Shown here: positions 35,951 to 46,441 of the stretch, in pieces
Layout of the letters: every line of letters begins with the position of its first letter
Position numbering within the stretch: position 1 is the first letter of the stretch
NCBI GenBank assembly: GCA_045604985.1
Contig: JAZUPD010000017.1
Location: 1-63,864, forward strand
Direction: 5' to 3'
Origin: Eubacteriales bacterium
GTDB lineage: Bacteria > Bacillota > Clostridia > Oscillospirales > CAG-272
Length of the DNA: 63,864 nt
Notes under the pieces: model-generated
The model's input: the letters and a program-made list of their open reading frames with translations, nothing else
What the model was told of the DNA's origin: nothing
Databases searched by the model: none
Made by a program: the position numbers and the translations under genes

Positions 35951-36845
35951 TTATCTCCGTTTTCAGTATATTTTCGTCTTCGTTTTTTCTTTCGGGGAAA
36001 AGTATCCCTTCGCTAACCTTCACCATTCCTAAGGTGATTATATTTCTTATAAGACCTTCAAGGTCTCGTCTGGATTCAAGAGAAGCAAGGTCGAGAGCAT
36101 CCGCTCCCTTTTTAAGTATTCCTTTAATTGCTCCCTCTATATCGAGTTTTTTTTCTTCATCAAGTGTACTGCCGTTAAAGATAAGAAGAAATGGGTTATA
36201 TCTTTTCTTTTTTCTGTCATCTTCCATATCGTCAAGAGCGTCTGCTATGTATATGAATTTTCCAACAGCGTTTCCAATGGTGCTTGCAATCAGCTTGCTT
36301 TCCTTGTTTTCAATTCCATAGGAGGTCACGGAAGCCATGAGAGAACCAAAAATTGCAGCGGGCCGGTCGCAAGAGGGGATATTTTCTTTCTCCAATGAAT
36401 GAAGCTCGTCAAGCTTGTTTTTTATCAGAGTATCAAGCTCCTCACAGCCTTTTTTTGCTTTTTTATATGAGGATGAAAAGAGAAAACGCAAAATTTTTGC
36501 CTTCAGCCTTTTTGCTCCTCTCTCGTCCGAGATATCGTCGCATATTTTGTGATATGTAAGGAGAGTGCCTACGTGTGCGGAATAAATAAGAGAATCACAG
36601 CACTTCATCACGGTCTTTTTCTTCAAAGGATGGACAAAGCAGCGTTTTTTCTCAAAGCTTGGCTTTTCGGAAAGGAGAGCCAGACGAATGAGAACGAGAA
36701 AAGTTATATCATAACTGAGTGTCATTCTTGAAATGATTCCCGTCTCGTCACGCATCGTACGGCAAAGACCGCAGTATGTGGCTCTGTAATACTGATTTTC
36801 AATCATTTTAAGATATGGCACATATGGCTTAACATATCCGAACAC
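35931..36845 (-). CDS. DUF5685 family protein
   Basis: (M)[26 protein letters not shown] is the family N-terminus. The likely start is GTG 36845, 6 nt after GGGAGGGG. The 3' end overlaps the J-domain gene start. Confidence 0.7.
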   Translation of the reverse strand: MFGYVKPYVPYLKMIENQYYRATYCGLCRTMRDETGIISRMTLSYDITFLVLIRLALLSEKPSFEKKRCFVHPLKKKTVMKCCDSLIYSAHVGTLLTYHKICDDISDERGAKRLKAKILRFLFSSSYKKAKKGCEELDTLIKNKLDELHSLEKENIPSCDRPAAIFGSLMASVTSYGIENKESKLIASTIGNAVGKFIYIADALDDMEDDRKKKRYNPFLLIFNGSTLDEEKKLDIEGAIKGILKKGADALDLASLESRRDLEGLIRNIITLGMVKVSEGILFPERKNEDENILKTEINDDRPI

Positions 36846-37075
36846 TGCGTTCCCCTCCCATCTCTGACCCAATAATTATAATACAAATTTATGTTTATTG
36901 CAACAGTTATTTGTAAATATTAAGCCCTTTTCTGTTAATAATTGGATATTTTCGAGCAATATTTCAGATAATAAATGTAAAAAATTATAAAATACTATTG
37001 CTTCGTAAGGGAGAATTATGTATAATATAATCCGTGAAAAACTTGGACGATACGTGATAAAGGATATAAGGTGAT

Positions 37076-38668
37076 ATGGCTGGAAATTTACAAAACGAGA
37101 TAAACAGAAGAAGGACCTTTGCGATAATTTCTCACCCTGACGCAGGTAAAACCACACTTACTGAAAAGTTTCTTCTTTACGGAGGTGCAATCCAGACCGC
37201 AGGCTCAGTTAAGGGGAAGGCGTCTGACCGCCATGCTGTTTCAGACTGGATGGAAATGGAAAAGCAGAGAGGTATTTCAATAACCTCCTCCGTTATGCAA
37301 TTTGAATATGACGGATATTGTATCAATATTCTTGACACTCCCGGACATCAGGACTTTTCCGAGGACACATACAGAACCCTTATGGCGGCTGACAGTGCGG
37401 TCATGGTGATCGACGCAGCAAAGGGTATCGAGCCTCAGACAAGAAAGCTTTTTAAGGTCTGTGCAATGCGAGATATTCCGATATTTACCTTTATAAACAA
37501 GCTTGACCACGAGGCGAGAGACCCCTTTGACCTCATTGACGAGCTTGAAAAGGAATTTGGCATCGGAACTTATCCCATGAACTGGCCCATCGGATGCGGA
37601 GTTAATTTTGCGGGCGTTTACGACAGAGACAAGAGAGCTATTCTCTCTTATACGGATAAGCATAAGGGAAGGGAACGACTCGGTGCTATTGAATGTGAGA
37701 TAAGCGACACCGAAAAGCTCGATGCGCTTATCGGCCCTTATATGAGAGAGGAGCTGACAGAGCAGATAGAGCTTCTTGACGGTGCTTGCTTTGATTTTGA
37801 CCTTGAAAAAGTGCGTCATGGAAAGCTCAGCCCCGTATTCTTCGGTTCGGCTCTTAACAATTTCGGTATCGAGACGTTTCTTCACCATTTCCTTCAAATG
37901 ACGACGTCTCCTCTTCCGAGAAAAACAGAGGACCAGACCGTGCTTGATCCCGCAAGGGACGGCTTTTCGGCTTTTGTTTTTAAAATTCAAGCTAATATGA
38001 ATAAGGCACACAGAGACAGAATTGCGTTTATGCGAATCTGCTCCGGCAAATTTGAACGCGGTGCTGAATATTTTCACGTTCAGGGCGGTAAAGAGATCAA
38101 ACTTTCCCAGCCTCAGCAGATGATGGCGCAGGAGAGAGCGATAATAGATGAGGCTTATGCAGGTGATATCATCGGTGTTTTCGATCCGGGCATTTTTTCC
38201 ATCGGAGATACGGTCTGTGATAAGTCAATGAAGATAAAATTTGAGGGGATACCAACTTTTGCTCCCGAGCGCTTTGCTCTTGTTGAGCAGATCGACAGCA
38301 TGAAGAGAAAGCAATTTGCAAAGGGGATGACCCAGATCGCCCAGGAGGGAGCTATTCAGATGTTCTTTATGCCCGAGTCGGGACTTGAGCGAGTTATCGT
38401 TGGTGTTGTGGGTGAGCTTCAGTTTGAGGTGCTTGAGGCTAGAATGGAAAGCGAATACGGAGTTAAATTTATCCGCCGTCCTCTTGCTTGGCAGTATATC
38501 AGAAGAATCGCAAATGAGGTCGATCCCAAGACGCTTGACCTTTATGAGACCGAGTGGGTACAGGATGTAAGAGGACAGAATTTCCTGCTCTTTAAGAGTG
38601 AGTGGTTTATAACCAGAACCCTTGAGCATAATGAGGAAAAGCTGTCTCTCGTGGAGTTCGGTCAATAA
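37076..38668 (+). CDS. prfC: Peptide chain release factor 3
   Basis: RRRTFAIISHPDAGKTTLTEK..., DTPGHQDF and NKLD are present. The ORF is 530 aa. Confidence 0.95.
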   Translation: MAGNLQNEINRRRTFAIISHPDAGKTTLTEKFLLYGGAIQTAGSVKGKASDRHAVSDWMEMEKQRGISITSSVMQFEYDGYCINILDTPGHQDFSEDTYRTLMAADSAVMVIDAAKGIEPQTRKLFKVCAMRDIPIFTFINKLDHEARDPFDLIDELEKEFGIGTYPMNWPIGCGVNFAGVYDRDKRAILSYTDKHKGRERLGAIECEISDTEKLDALIGPYMREELTEQIELLDGACFDFDLEKVRHGKLSPVFFGSALNNFGIETFLHHFLQMTTSPLPRKTEDQTVLDPARDGFSAFVFKIQANMNKAHRDRIAFMRICSGKFERGAEYFHVQGGKEIKLSQPQQMMAQERAIIDEAYAGDIIGVFDPGIFSIGDTVCDKSMKIKFEGIPTFAPERFALVEQIDSMKRKQFAKGMTQIAQEGAIQMFFMPESGLERVIVGVVGELQFEVLEARMESEYGVKFIRRPLAWQYIRRIANEVDPKTLDLYETEWVQDVRGQNFLLFKSEWFITRTLEHNEEKLSLVEFGQ

Positions 38669-38761
38669 TAAATAATGGGCTGATAGGCTTTTGTGCCGTC
38701 AGCCCTTGACTTTTATCCTTAAATGTATTATACTGATAAAAAAGATTTTCGGGGGATATGG

Positions 38762-40015
38762 ATGAAAAAAAGAATTCTGATATTTTTGGCTTTTTTCGTT
38801 ATTACGTTGCTTTCTTTTTCCTCCTGTGCGACAAAAACGGAGGAATCTGTTTTGGATGTGAGCGGAGAGGGAGAAAAAACTGCGTTGGTCGATAAAACGA
38901 CTGAAAATGAAAGCTCATTTCCAATAGAATCTGCCGAAGAAGTAAATGAGAAAAAATGCAGGGTGGATTTTTTGAATGAGGAGATCGAGGTGTTTGACGA
39001 GAACGGGGTTTTACTGCTTCTCTCGGGACAGTTTATATATCCAACCGTTTCTATATATGAAAATCCGGATGCGGAAAGGCGCATAAATGAATATTTTGAG
39101 TCGGAAAAGGCAAAATATTGTGCCGAGGCAGAAAAAATGCGACTTGACTCCATTGAGCTTCTCGAAAGCATGGAGAGCGATTATTGGAACACCTTTATTT
39201 ATGATAAAAAATACAGTCTTGAATTTGTGGGAGACAAGCTTTTAAGCTTCCTCTGCCATACCGATGTATATCAAGGCGGAGTCCATCCCACTCCTGACGA
39301 GCATGGAGTTATTTTTGATATGGAGAGTGGAAAACGTCTTTCGCTCACTGATGTTTTTACCTCTGCGGAGGCACTTCGTGCGGTGGCTGTGCCGAAAATA
39401 AGTGAAATAATAAGAGAGCGCGGCACAGAGCCTTTCGATGGTTTTGACGGAGATGTTTCTCCCATTGTTGACGATGATGTCTTTGTTCTTACGGATGCGG
39501 GAGTAAAATTCATATGTAATGTGTATGTTCTTTTTCCATATAGCTATGGCATAAGCTATTATACCGTAGGCTTTGACGAGTTTGAGGGCATATACCTTTA
39601 TGAGGATAAAGAAAGCTATGGCTTTTCGAGATTCTATTCCTTTGATATCGACGGTGAAATTGATGATACCGTTCTCGGCTATGCCGACACAAGGGAATTT
39701 TCATGCCCTTATGACGAGGATGATAACTGCATAATAAACGGAGAGGAAAGGAATGTTTATTATATCGTACCCGCAAGGGAGGGAAGCAATATAATTATCG
39801 AACGTGTAATTTATGATGAAGAAGAAAATGAGATCGGAAGCGAGGTTTTTAAGAGCTTCAAAAATACGGAAAAGGATTTTTGCTTGAAGATAACCTGCCC
39901 TATGGCGGAGAGCAAGGCACTTTATAGAGTGATAATAACGTTTGGCGAGGATATTGCTTCATTTGATCTTATCTATACCGTTTCTCCCGAAAAGCCGGTA
40001 AAATTGATAAAGTGA
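38762..40015 (+). CDS. Lipoprotein with a DUF3298/DUF4163 (RsiV-like) domain
   Basis: The signal peptide ends in the lipobox LLSFSSC. YQGGVHPTP and the central region match the DUF3298 pattern. The start was refined to ATG 38762. Confidence 0.65.
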   Translation: MKKRILIFLAFFVITLLSFSSCATKTEESVLDVSGEGEKTALVDKTTENESSFPIESAEEVNEKKCRVDFLNEEIEVFDENGVLLLLSGQFIYPTVSIYENPDAERRINEYFESEKAKYCAEAEKMRLDSIELLESMESDYWNTFIYDKKYSLEFVGDKLLSFLCHTDVYQGGVHPTPDEHGVIFDMESGKRLSLTDVFTSAEALRAVAVPKISEIIRERGTEPFDGFDGDVSPIVDDDVFVLTDAGVKFICNVYVLFPYSYGISYYTVGFDEFEGIYLYEDKESYGFSRFYSFDIDGEIDDTVLGYADTREFSCPYDEDDNCIINGEERNVYYIVPAREGSNIIIERVIYDEEENEIGSEVFKSFKNTEKDFCLKITCPMAESKALYRVIITFGEDIASFDLIYTVSPEKPVKLIK

Positions 40016-40024
40016 AAATATAGA

Positions 40025-40057
40025 AAGGTGCTAAGGGCATTATCAGCACCTTTTTTG
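40025..40057 (+). terminator. Intrinsic terminator
   Basis: AAGGTGCT...AGCACCTT followed by TTTTTT. Confidence 0.7.
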
Positions 40058-40249
40058 CTTTGATGGAAAAGCTTTTTTGAAATTTACAGGTATTTCTGTG
40101 AGGAAGGCTTACAAATTTCCGTTTGTACATAATTGTAACGTTACAAAAGTGGTTTCAATAAAAAACAATAAAAGATTCGGGTATGACAAACTTGGAATTT
40201 TAACCAAGAATGTTGAGAGAAATTTGTGCATGTTTTCTCAATAAAACAC

Positions 40250-40278
40250 TTGAAATTTTGATAAAAAAATGGTATAAT
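40250..40278 (+). promoter_or_regulatory. Sigma-A promoter of the LRR surface protein gene
   Basis: TTGAAA (40250-40255), a 17-nt spacer, and TATAAT (40273-40278) with an upstream TG. Confidence 0.7.
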
Positions 40279-40364
40279 TGAACAAATCAGTTAAATCACT
40301 GCTTGATTTTATGGCAGTTCGCCTTAAAATAAAAATGTATTTTTTGAAAGGAACACACTCACAC

Positions 40365-42704
40365 ATGAAAAAAACAAACACGAGATTGTTTATCACTTTT
40401 GTTTTGATTCTTGTTTTTGCTGCTATTTTTGCGGTAGCGGCTTTTGCGGCAACTCCCGGAACGGGTTATTGCGTTAACGCACAAAAACAACAGACAAACA
40501 TTAAGTGGACGATGACAGAAGACGGGGTTCTCACCTTTGAGATAGATCCCACGGCAACAGATAAGGTTCAGGAAACTGCACTCTATGGAGTAGACCCCAT
40601 AACCTTAAAAACAAGCAACTGGTCAAGATGTCTTGAGACTTTTGCTGATGCTGTTAAGGTCGTGATTGGCGATGGAATTACTACTGCTGCAGGATTTTCC
40701 GCAATGACATCTTTGAAGCAGGTAGAGATACCAACCTCACTTGTAAATATTAGTGGTGCTGCTTTCGAGTGTAGCCATGGGATTAGTTCTATTTATATAA
40801 GAGGAACAGAGCCTGTTGAGGGTCTGTTTGACTTTTCTAATATTACCTCCTTTGGCGGGTATTGCTGTGACGGTGCAGAAAAACTCACAAAGGTTAAACT
40901 TAATCCCAATTATGTAGGTCCTTTTGAAATAGAGATATTCAAAAACAATAAGCTTACCGAGATCGAAATTCCTGCGGGAGTTACCGTTATCCAGAATGGT
41001 GCATTCATGAAGACAAACCAGCTTGCAGTTGTGACCATCCTTGGTATGGAGACGACTTTTGAGTCGGCAGGTGCTTTTATGGGTAATATGACATACCCTG
41101 CAATCAGGGCAAATGCGAATTCAAAAGCTGCAGCATTTGCAAAGGCAAACGGATTTACCTTTATTGATATTGACACGGGAGAGAAAACGCCGGGCGTAAG
41201 GCTTACGACCGAAGCTTCCACAGGCGACTCTTCAGATGGAACAACCTCTGACGGTCTTCCTGAATTTAAACACGAAGGTGCAACCCTTTGGGGACATTCC
41301 ACAGGTGAATATTCAGGAACGGAGATTATCAATACATATTGGGCTTATTATGATGAAACAAAGACCCTCGAATTTGTCTCCGGAACAAAAGAGTATAATG
41401 AATCGGGTACTATCAAAAATGTTGATGAAGAATATACAGACTGGATCCAATATAAGTCTCAGATCGAGCATATAATAATCGGCGATTATATCGTAAAGAT
41501 CAGTGCCACCGCATTCCAGAATTACCCTGCGCTTAAAGATGTACGCTTGGGTAAGCATGTAAGTCAGATAGACTACCACGCTTTTTTGAACTGTTCTGAT
41601 CTTACAACTATTTGGAGAAATGGTCAGCAGCGTGTTGAAGGCCGTGCGGATTTGAGAGGTCTTAGCCCCCTCAATCCTATAATTGGCGGTACGGCTATCA
41701 AGGAAATTATCCTTCCTGAAAATGTGACGAAAATAGCAAGTTTCCCTCCTTCTGCTCAGACTGTTTTTGTAAGCACTATAACAGAATCTCTTGTTCAATC
41801 GGCAAAGGAGAATTTTGTTGACATTATAAATCTGTATAACCCTGAAGAAAAATATGAGTTTAGTTTGAATGTTGATTATACTTTGCCTTATTGCGGTCCA
41901 AGAAGCGTTTTTGATTTTGATGAGGCTACAGGAACACTGACCGTTTATGGTACGGGTAAGATATCCGATATCGTAAACTACTATGGCGGTGGTTCTAAAA
42001 CTCAGCCTTGGATCTCCATTAGAAATAATGTTAAGCATATTGTGATCACAGATCATATCACAAGCATTGGAAGATATGCTTTTTGTGAATTTGTGAATCT
42101 TGAGACTGTTCAGATCCCTGCATCGGAGGATTTTGAGATACTTAATGCGGCATTTGAAAAATGTCACAGCCTTAAATCTATTTACAGAAGCGGAACAGAA
42201 CCGATAGAGGGAACTGCAGACCTTCGTAATGTTCATACTATCAATCCTTGGACGTTAGCATATGACTGGCTCATAGCAAACGTTATTATAAGCCCCAATG
42301 TAGAGAAAATAGGTTCATCCGTTTTTGAAGAAAACATAAATCTTGCCAATATTTACGGTACTCCCGGTTCTTTTGCCGAGACTTATGCTGCAGATAACGG
42401 AAAGAATTTCTATGATATTTCCTCAAATACTCCCGTTGCAATTACTTGCGCACCTCCTGAAACAACGGTTATGACCGAGACAGAGGCCCCCGAGACAACA
42501 GAGACTGAACCGGAAGAAACGACAGTGCTAGAAACAGAAACTGACGTTGTTTCGGACACTTTCCCTGTTTTCGTTGACAAGGGAGAGGTGCAGAATTCTT
42601 CCAGCGTACTTGCCATAATCATTGTAGCAATCGTGGTGGTTGTGGTTGCTGCGGCGGTTGTGGTTGTCATAATCGTTTCAAAGAAGAAAAAGGCTAAAAA
42701 ATAA
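40365..42704 (+). CDS. Leucine-rich-repeat (BspA-type) surface protein with a C-terminal TM anchor
   Basis: A signal peptide is followed by many degenerate repeats of the type I..I.IP..V..I...AF..C..L..I. An acidic Thr/Glu linker follows, then the hydrophobic tail IIVAIVVVVVAAAVVVVIIV and KKKKAKK. The start was refined to ATG 40365. Confidence 0.75.
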   Translation: MKKTNTRLFITFVLILVFAAIFAVAAFAATPGTGYCVNAQKQQTNIKWTMTEDGVLTFEIDPTATDKVQETALYGVDPITLKTSNWSRCLETFADAVKVVIGDGITTAAGFSAMTSLKQVEIPTSLVNISGAAFECSHGISSIYIRGTEPVEGLFDFSNITSFGGYCCDGAEKLTKVKLNPNYVGPFEIEIFKNNKLTEIEIPAGVTVIQNGAFMKTNQLAVVTILGMETTFESAGAFMGNMTYPAIRANANSKAAAFAKANGFTFIDIDTGEKTPGVRLTTEASTGDSSDGTTSDGLPEFKHEGATLWGHSTGEYSGTEIINTYWAYYDETKTLEFVSGTKEYNESGTIKNVDEEYTDWIQYKSQIEHIIIGDYIVKISATAFQNYPALKDVRLGKHVSQIDYHAFLNCSDLTTIWRNGQQRVEGRADLRGLSPLNPIIGGTAIKEIILPENVTKIASFPPSAQTVFVSTITESLVQSAKENFVDIINLYNPEEKYEFSLNVDYTLPYCGPRSVFDFDEATGTLTVYGTGKISDIVNYYGGGSKTQPWISIRNNVKHIVITDHITSIGRYAFCEFVNLETVQIPASEDFEILNAAFEKCHSLKSIYRSGTEPIEGTADLRNVHTINPWTLAYDWLIANVIISPNVEKIGSSVFEENINLANIYGTPGSFAETYAADNGKNFYDISSNTPVAITCAPPETTVMTETEAPETTETEPEETTVLETETDVVSDTFPVFVDKGEVQNSSSVLAIIIVAIVVVVVAAAVVVVIIVSKKKKAKK

Positions 42705-42753
42705 ATTTTGAAATTTATTTCCAAGTCCCTAAAAAAATAATTTAAAAGATATG

Positions 42754-42790
42754 CTCCTATGGTAGAAAATCTGCCATAGGAGTTTTATTT
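42754..42790 (+). terminator. Intrinsic terminator
   Basis: CTCCTATGG...CCATAGGAG followed by TTTTATTT. Confidence 0.7.
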
Positions 42791-42888
42791 ATAAAAAATC
42801 ATCAAAAAAACAAAAATAAAACAAACTGTTGACACAAAGATATATTATGATATAATATTATTGCGTCAAGTAAAAAAGATACGGAGGG

Positions 42889-44073
42889 ATGATTTTGATT
42901 GAAGTTAAAAACCTTGTGAAAAAGTATGGCGACCACACCGCTGTAAACAATATTAGCTTTACCGTTGAGAAGGGCAAGATATACGGCCTTCTGGGACCTA
43001 ACGGAGCAGGGAAATCCACAACCATGAATATCGTTACGGGTTGTCTTGCGGCAAGCGGGGGAAGCGTTACAGTTGACGGACATGATATTTTTGAAGATCC
43101 GAAGGCGGCTAAAAAATGCATCGGATATCTTCCCGAAAATCCGCCTCTTTACGGAGATATGACCCCTTACGAATATCTTACCTTTGTTGCCGAGGCAAAA
43201 AAGGTAAAGAGTGGATATGTTGGCAGCGTAGTTCGTCAAGTCATGGAGATAACTAATCTTACCGATATGAAGGACCGTCTAATACGCAATCTTTCAAAGG
43301 GATATCGACAGAGAGTAGGTATCGCTCAGGCAATGCTCGGAGAGCCGGATGTTATTATTCTCGATGAGCCAACCGTTGGTCTTGACCCCAAGCAGATACT
43401 TGAAATAAGAGAACTTATCAGGAAGCTTGGCGAAACGAAAACGGTCATTCTTTCCAGCCACATTCTTGCAGAGATCAGCGCAGTTTGCGAAAGAGTTATG
43501 ATAATTTCTCGCGGAAATCTCGTTGCAAACGATACAATTGAGCATCTTGAGGAGCTTGCAAATCGCTCCAATAAGCTGAGAATTACGGTAAGAGGTGATG
43601 CTGCGGCTGTGAAGGCTCGTCTTGAAGCTATCGAAGGCGTTACCTCGGTAAATATGGATGGAGTTTTGGGAGATAGTGCAAGCTTTGATATTGATTTTGT
43701 TAAAGACATAGATATAAGAGATGCTATTTTCTTCTCGATGGCAGATATGAAATGCCCTATCCTTTCGATGCAGTATGAACAGACAACACTTGAGGATATT
43801 TTTCTTGCTCTTACCGATGATTCGGTACGCCCCGATGAGAATGGTAATCTTCCCACGGTTGAAGAGATACTTGAAGCCAGAGGCAGGAAGGGGGAAGAAA
43901 CCCTCTTTGAGCATATGAACGATGAGGAGCTTGAAGCCCTTGCAACTGAACGGGCGGACGAGATCAAGCCTGTTGAGGAAGAAGAGACGGGTGAAAAGGA
44001 AGAAGCTTCCGAGGAAGAAAAAACAGACGAGAGCGGCGATGATGAATATAAGCCTCTCTTCGGCGGAAATTAA
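42889..44073 (+). CDS. ABC transporter ATP-binding protein (GldA-like) with an acidic C-terminal tail
   Basis: GPNGAGKSTT, LSKGYRQR and IILDEP are present, with a Glu-rich C-terminus of about 85 aa. Confidence 0.9.
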   Translation: MILIEVKNLVKKYGDHTAVNNISFTVEKGKIYGLLGPNGAGKSTTMNIVTGCLAASGGSVTVDGHDIFEDPKAAKKCIGYLPENPPLYGDMTPYEYLTFVAEAKKVKSGYVGSVVRQVMEITNLTDMKDRLIRNLSKGYRQRVGIAQAMLGEPDVIILDEPTVGLDPKQILEIRELIRKLGETKTVILSSHILAEISAVCERVMIISRGNLVANDTIEHLEELANRSNKLRITVRGDAAAVKARLEAIEGVTSVNMDGVLGDSASFDIDFVKDIDIRDAIFFSMADMKCPILSMQYEQTTLEDIFLALTDDSVRPDENGNLPTVEEILEARGRKGEETLFEHMNDEELEALATERADEIKPVEEEETGEKEEASEEEKTDESGDDEYKPLFGGN

Positions 44074-44086
44074 GGAGGTGACGGTA

Positions 44087-44950
44087 ATGATTTCGATATT
44101 CAAAAGAGAATTTAAATCATATTTTACAGGCGTCATAGGTGCGCTTTTTATAGCATTTTTGCTCTGCTTTACGGGCATATATGTTACCTCTATAAATCTG
44201 CGAGGCGGATATGCTTCATTTGAATATGTGCTTTCCAACATAATCATCGTTTTTTTACTTATTGTGCCGCTTCTTACGATGAGAAGCTTCGCCGATGATA
44301 AGCACACAAAGACAGATCAGCTTCTTTATTCGCTCCCCGTGAGTGTAGGAGAGGTAGTCATGGGCAAATATCTTGCAATGCTTGCTGTCTTTGCAATTCC
44401 GGTGCTTATTATGGCACTTTATCCGTTTTTTCTCAGCGCATTTGGATATATGGCTTATAAATCGGCTTATCTTGCACTTTTTGCATTTTTTATGCTTGGT
44501 GCCGCCCTTATATCTCTTGGAATGTTCATGTCATCTCTGACAGAGAGTCAGGTGATCGCAGCTGTTATCAGCTTTGGCGCACTTCTGCTTATGTATATGA
44601 TGAAGGGTGTGGCTTCGCTCATTCCCTCGGATAATCTTACGTCACTTATCTGCTTTGGCGTACTTGCTCTTATAATCGGTGGAGTCACATATGGGCTTAC
44701 AAAGAATACTGCGGCATCTATTTGTGTGTTCTGTGTCATTGCGGCATCACTTATTATCGTTTATCTTATATCTCCCTCTGCTTTCGGCGGACTTTTTCCT
44801 ACAGTTCTCACATATCTTGCGGTTTTTGACCGTTTTATAGAGCTTACGGGCGGGATATTTGATATTACAGCAATCGTTTATCTAATTACGTTTGCAGCGT
44901 TTTTCATTTATCTTACAGTTCAGTCCGTTGAAAAACGCCGCTGGAGCTGA
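44087..44950 (+). CDS. ABC-2 family permease (GldF-like)
   Basis: The start was refined to MISIFKREFKSYF (ATG 44087) behind the RBS AAGGAGG. The product has six hydrophobic segments. Confidence 0.8.
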   Translation: MISIFKREFKSYFTGVIGALFIAFLLCFTGIYVTSINLRGGYASFEYVLSNIIIVFLLIVPLLTMRSFADDKHTKTDQLLYSLPVSVGEVVMGKYLAMLAVFAIPVLIMALYPFFLSAFGYMAYKSAYLALFAFFMLGAALISLGMFMSSLTESQVIAAVISFGALLLMYMMKGVASLIPSDNLTSLICFGVLALIIGGVTYGLTKNTAASICVFCVIAASLIIVYLISPSAFGGLFPTVLTYLAVFDRFIELTGGIFDITAIVYLITFAAFFIYLTVQSVEKRRWS

Positions 44951-44962
44951 CGAAGGGAGTAT

Positions 44963-46441
44963 ATGAACATGAATAAAAGAACAAAGATAGGATTATATAC
45001 TCTCGTGATGGCGGCGGTTGTTCTTGCCGTTATCGTCGTTATAAATCTTTTGGTGCTAAGTGCTCCAACAAAATTCACAAAGTTCGATATGACCTCTCTT
45101 TCGCTATATACTCTATCGGATACCACGGTGGAGGCTGTGGAAAAGATAAGTGAGGATATAAACATCTATTTCCTCTGCTCGGGCGATGAGGACGGAAGCG
45201 GAAGTACAATAAACAATCTGCCTATGTTATCTGTATTTCTTGGCAGATATGCAGAGCTGAATGACAAGATATCTCTCAGTACCGTTGATGTCATTGCAAA
45301 TCCCACCTTTACAGACAAATATGAGCCTGACGGACTTGAAAATTACAGCATAATAGTCGAGAGTGCAAAGCGTTTCAAAATAGTTGATTTTGCAGATCTT
45401 TACTATTATTATAACGAGAGTTACGGAAAGATCAGCCCCGATATGTACCAGACCTTTATGATGTATGCACAAATGGGTTATTTCGGAAATGATATTCCCG
45501 TTCTTGAATTGAATTTTGACGGTGAAAGCGCAATTACAAGCGCCCTTGACTATGTTACCACCGACAAGATCCCCACAGTATATATTCTTGAGGGACACGG
45601 AGAGACAGCCCTTTCAGACACCCTTCTCACAAACATCAAAAATGACAATATGATAACTGAAAACCTGAGTCTCCTGACCTCTGAAATTCCTGAGGATGCG
45701 GGATGCATCATCATCAATGCTCCAACAACCGATATAAATGCAAACGAGGCAAAGATGCTCTCCGAATATCTTGCGGGGGGCGGAAAAATGATGGTAACTA
45801 CCGTATATACCTCTCTTGCTCTCCCCAATCTTATGAGCGTGATTGCGGAATACGGACTTTCTCCCCTAGAAGGAATGATAGTTGAGGGCGATCCGAACAG
45901 ATTTGCAAATAACACGCCCTATTATCTCCTTCCCTCTGTCAGCACAAGCAGCACTCTGACCGCTCCTCTTGCTTCATCCTCGGCTTACATCTTTATGCCG
46001 TTTGCACATGGAATCGCAAAAACGGAGAAGGAAGGTATTACCTTGACTCCCCTTTTCTCGGCTTCTTCCTCTGCATATACGATTTCAGCAGGCGCAGAGA
46101 CAATGATAAAGACCGAGGACTCAATAGACGGTCCCTTTGATATCGGTGTTCTTGCTGAAAACGGCGAAGGCGGACAGATAATCTGGCTTGCATCACCCGC
46201 TTTCAGCGATAGCATGAATCAGATGACAGGCGCAAACTATCAGTATTTTATCTCTATGCTCGGCGGTATTGTGGAGAGAGACAGAATAGTGTATAATATC
46301 CCTGCAAACGAAGTTTCAGCATTACTTCTCGTGGTAAATGAGCTTCAGGCAAGCCTATGGAGCGCAGTTCTTATAGTCATTATTCCTTTGTCATTTGCCG
46401 TTTGCGGCATTGTTCGCTGGTACGTAAGGAGAAGAAGATGA
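44963..46441 (+). CDS. GldG family ABC-transporter auxiliary protein
   Basis: It has N- and C-terminal TM helices flanking a large extracytoplasmic domain. The N-terminal pattern FDMTSLSLYTLSD is typical of GldG. Confidence 0.7.
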   Translation: MNMNKRTKIGLYTLVMAAVVLAVIVVINLLVLSAPTKFTKFDMTSLSLYTLSDTTVEAVEKISEDINIYFLCSGDEDGSGSTINNLPMLSVFLGRYAELNDKISLSTVDVIANPTFTDKYEPDGLENYSIIVESAKRFKIVDFADLYYYYNESYGKISPDMYQTFMMYAQMGYFGNDIPVLELNFDGESAITSALDYVTTDKIPTVYILEGHGETALSDTLLTNIKNDNMITENLSLLTSEIPEDAGCIIINAPTTDINANEAKMLSEYLAGGGKMMVTTVYTSLALPNLMSVIAEYGLSPLEGMIVEGDPNRFANNTPYYLLPSVSTSSTLTAPLASSSAYIFMPFAHGIAKTEKEGITLTPLFSASSSAYTISAGAETMIKTEDSIDGPFDIGVLAENGEGGQIIWLASPAFSDSMNQMTGANYQYFISMLGGIVERDRIVYNIPANEVSALLLVVNELQASLWSAVLIVIIPLSFAVCGIVRWYVRRRR

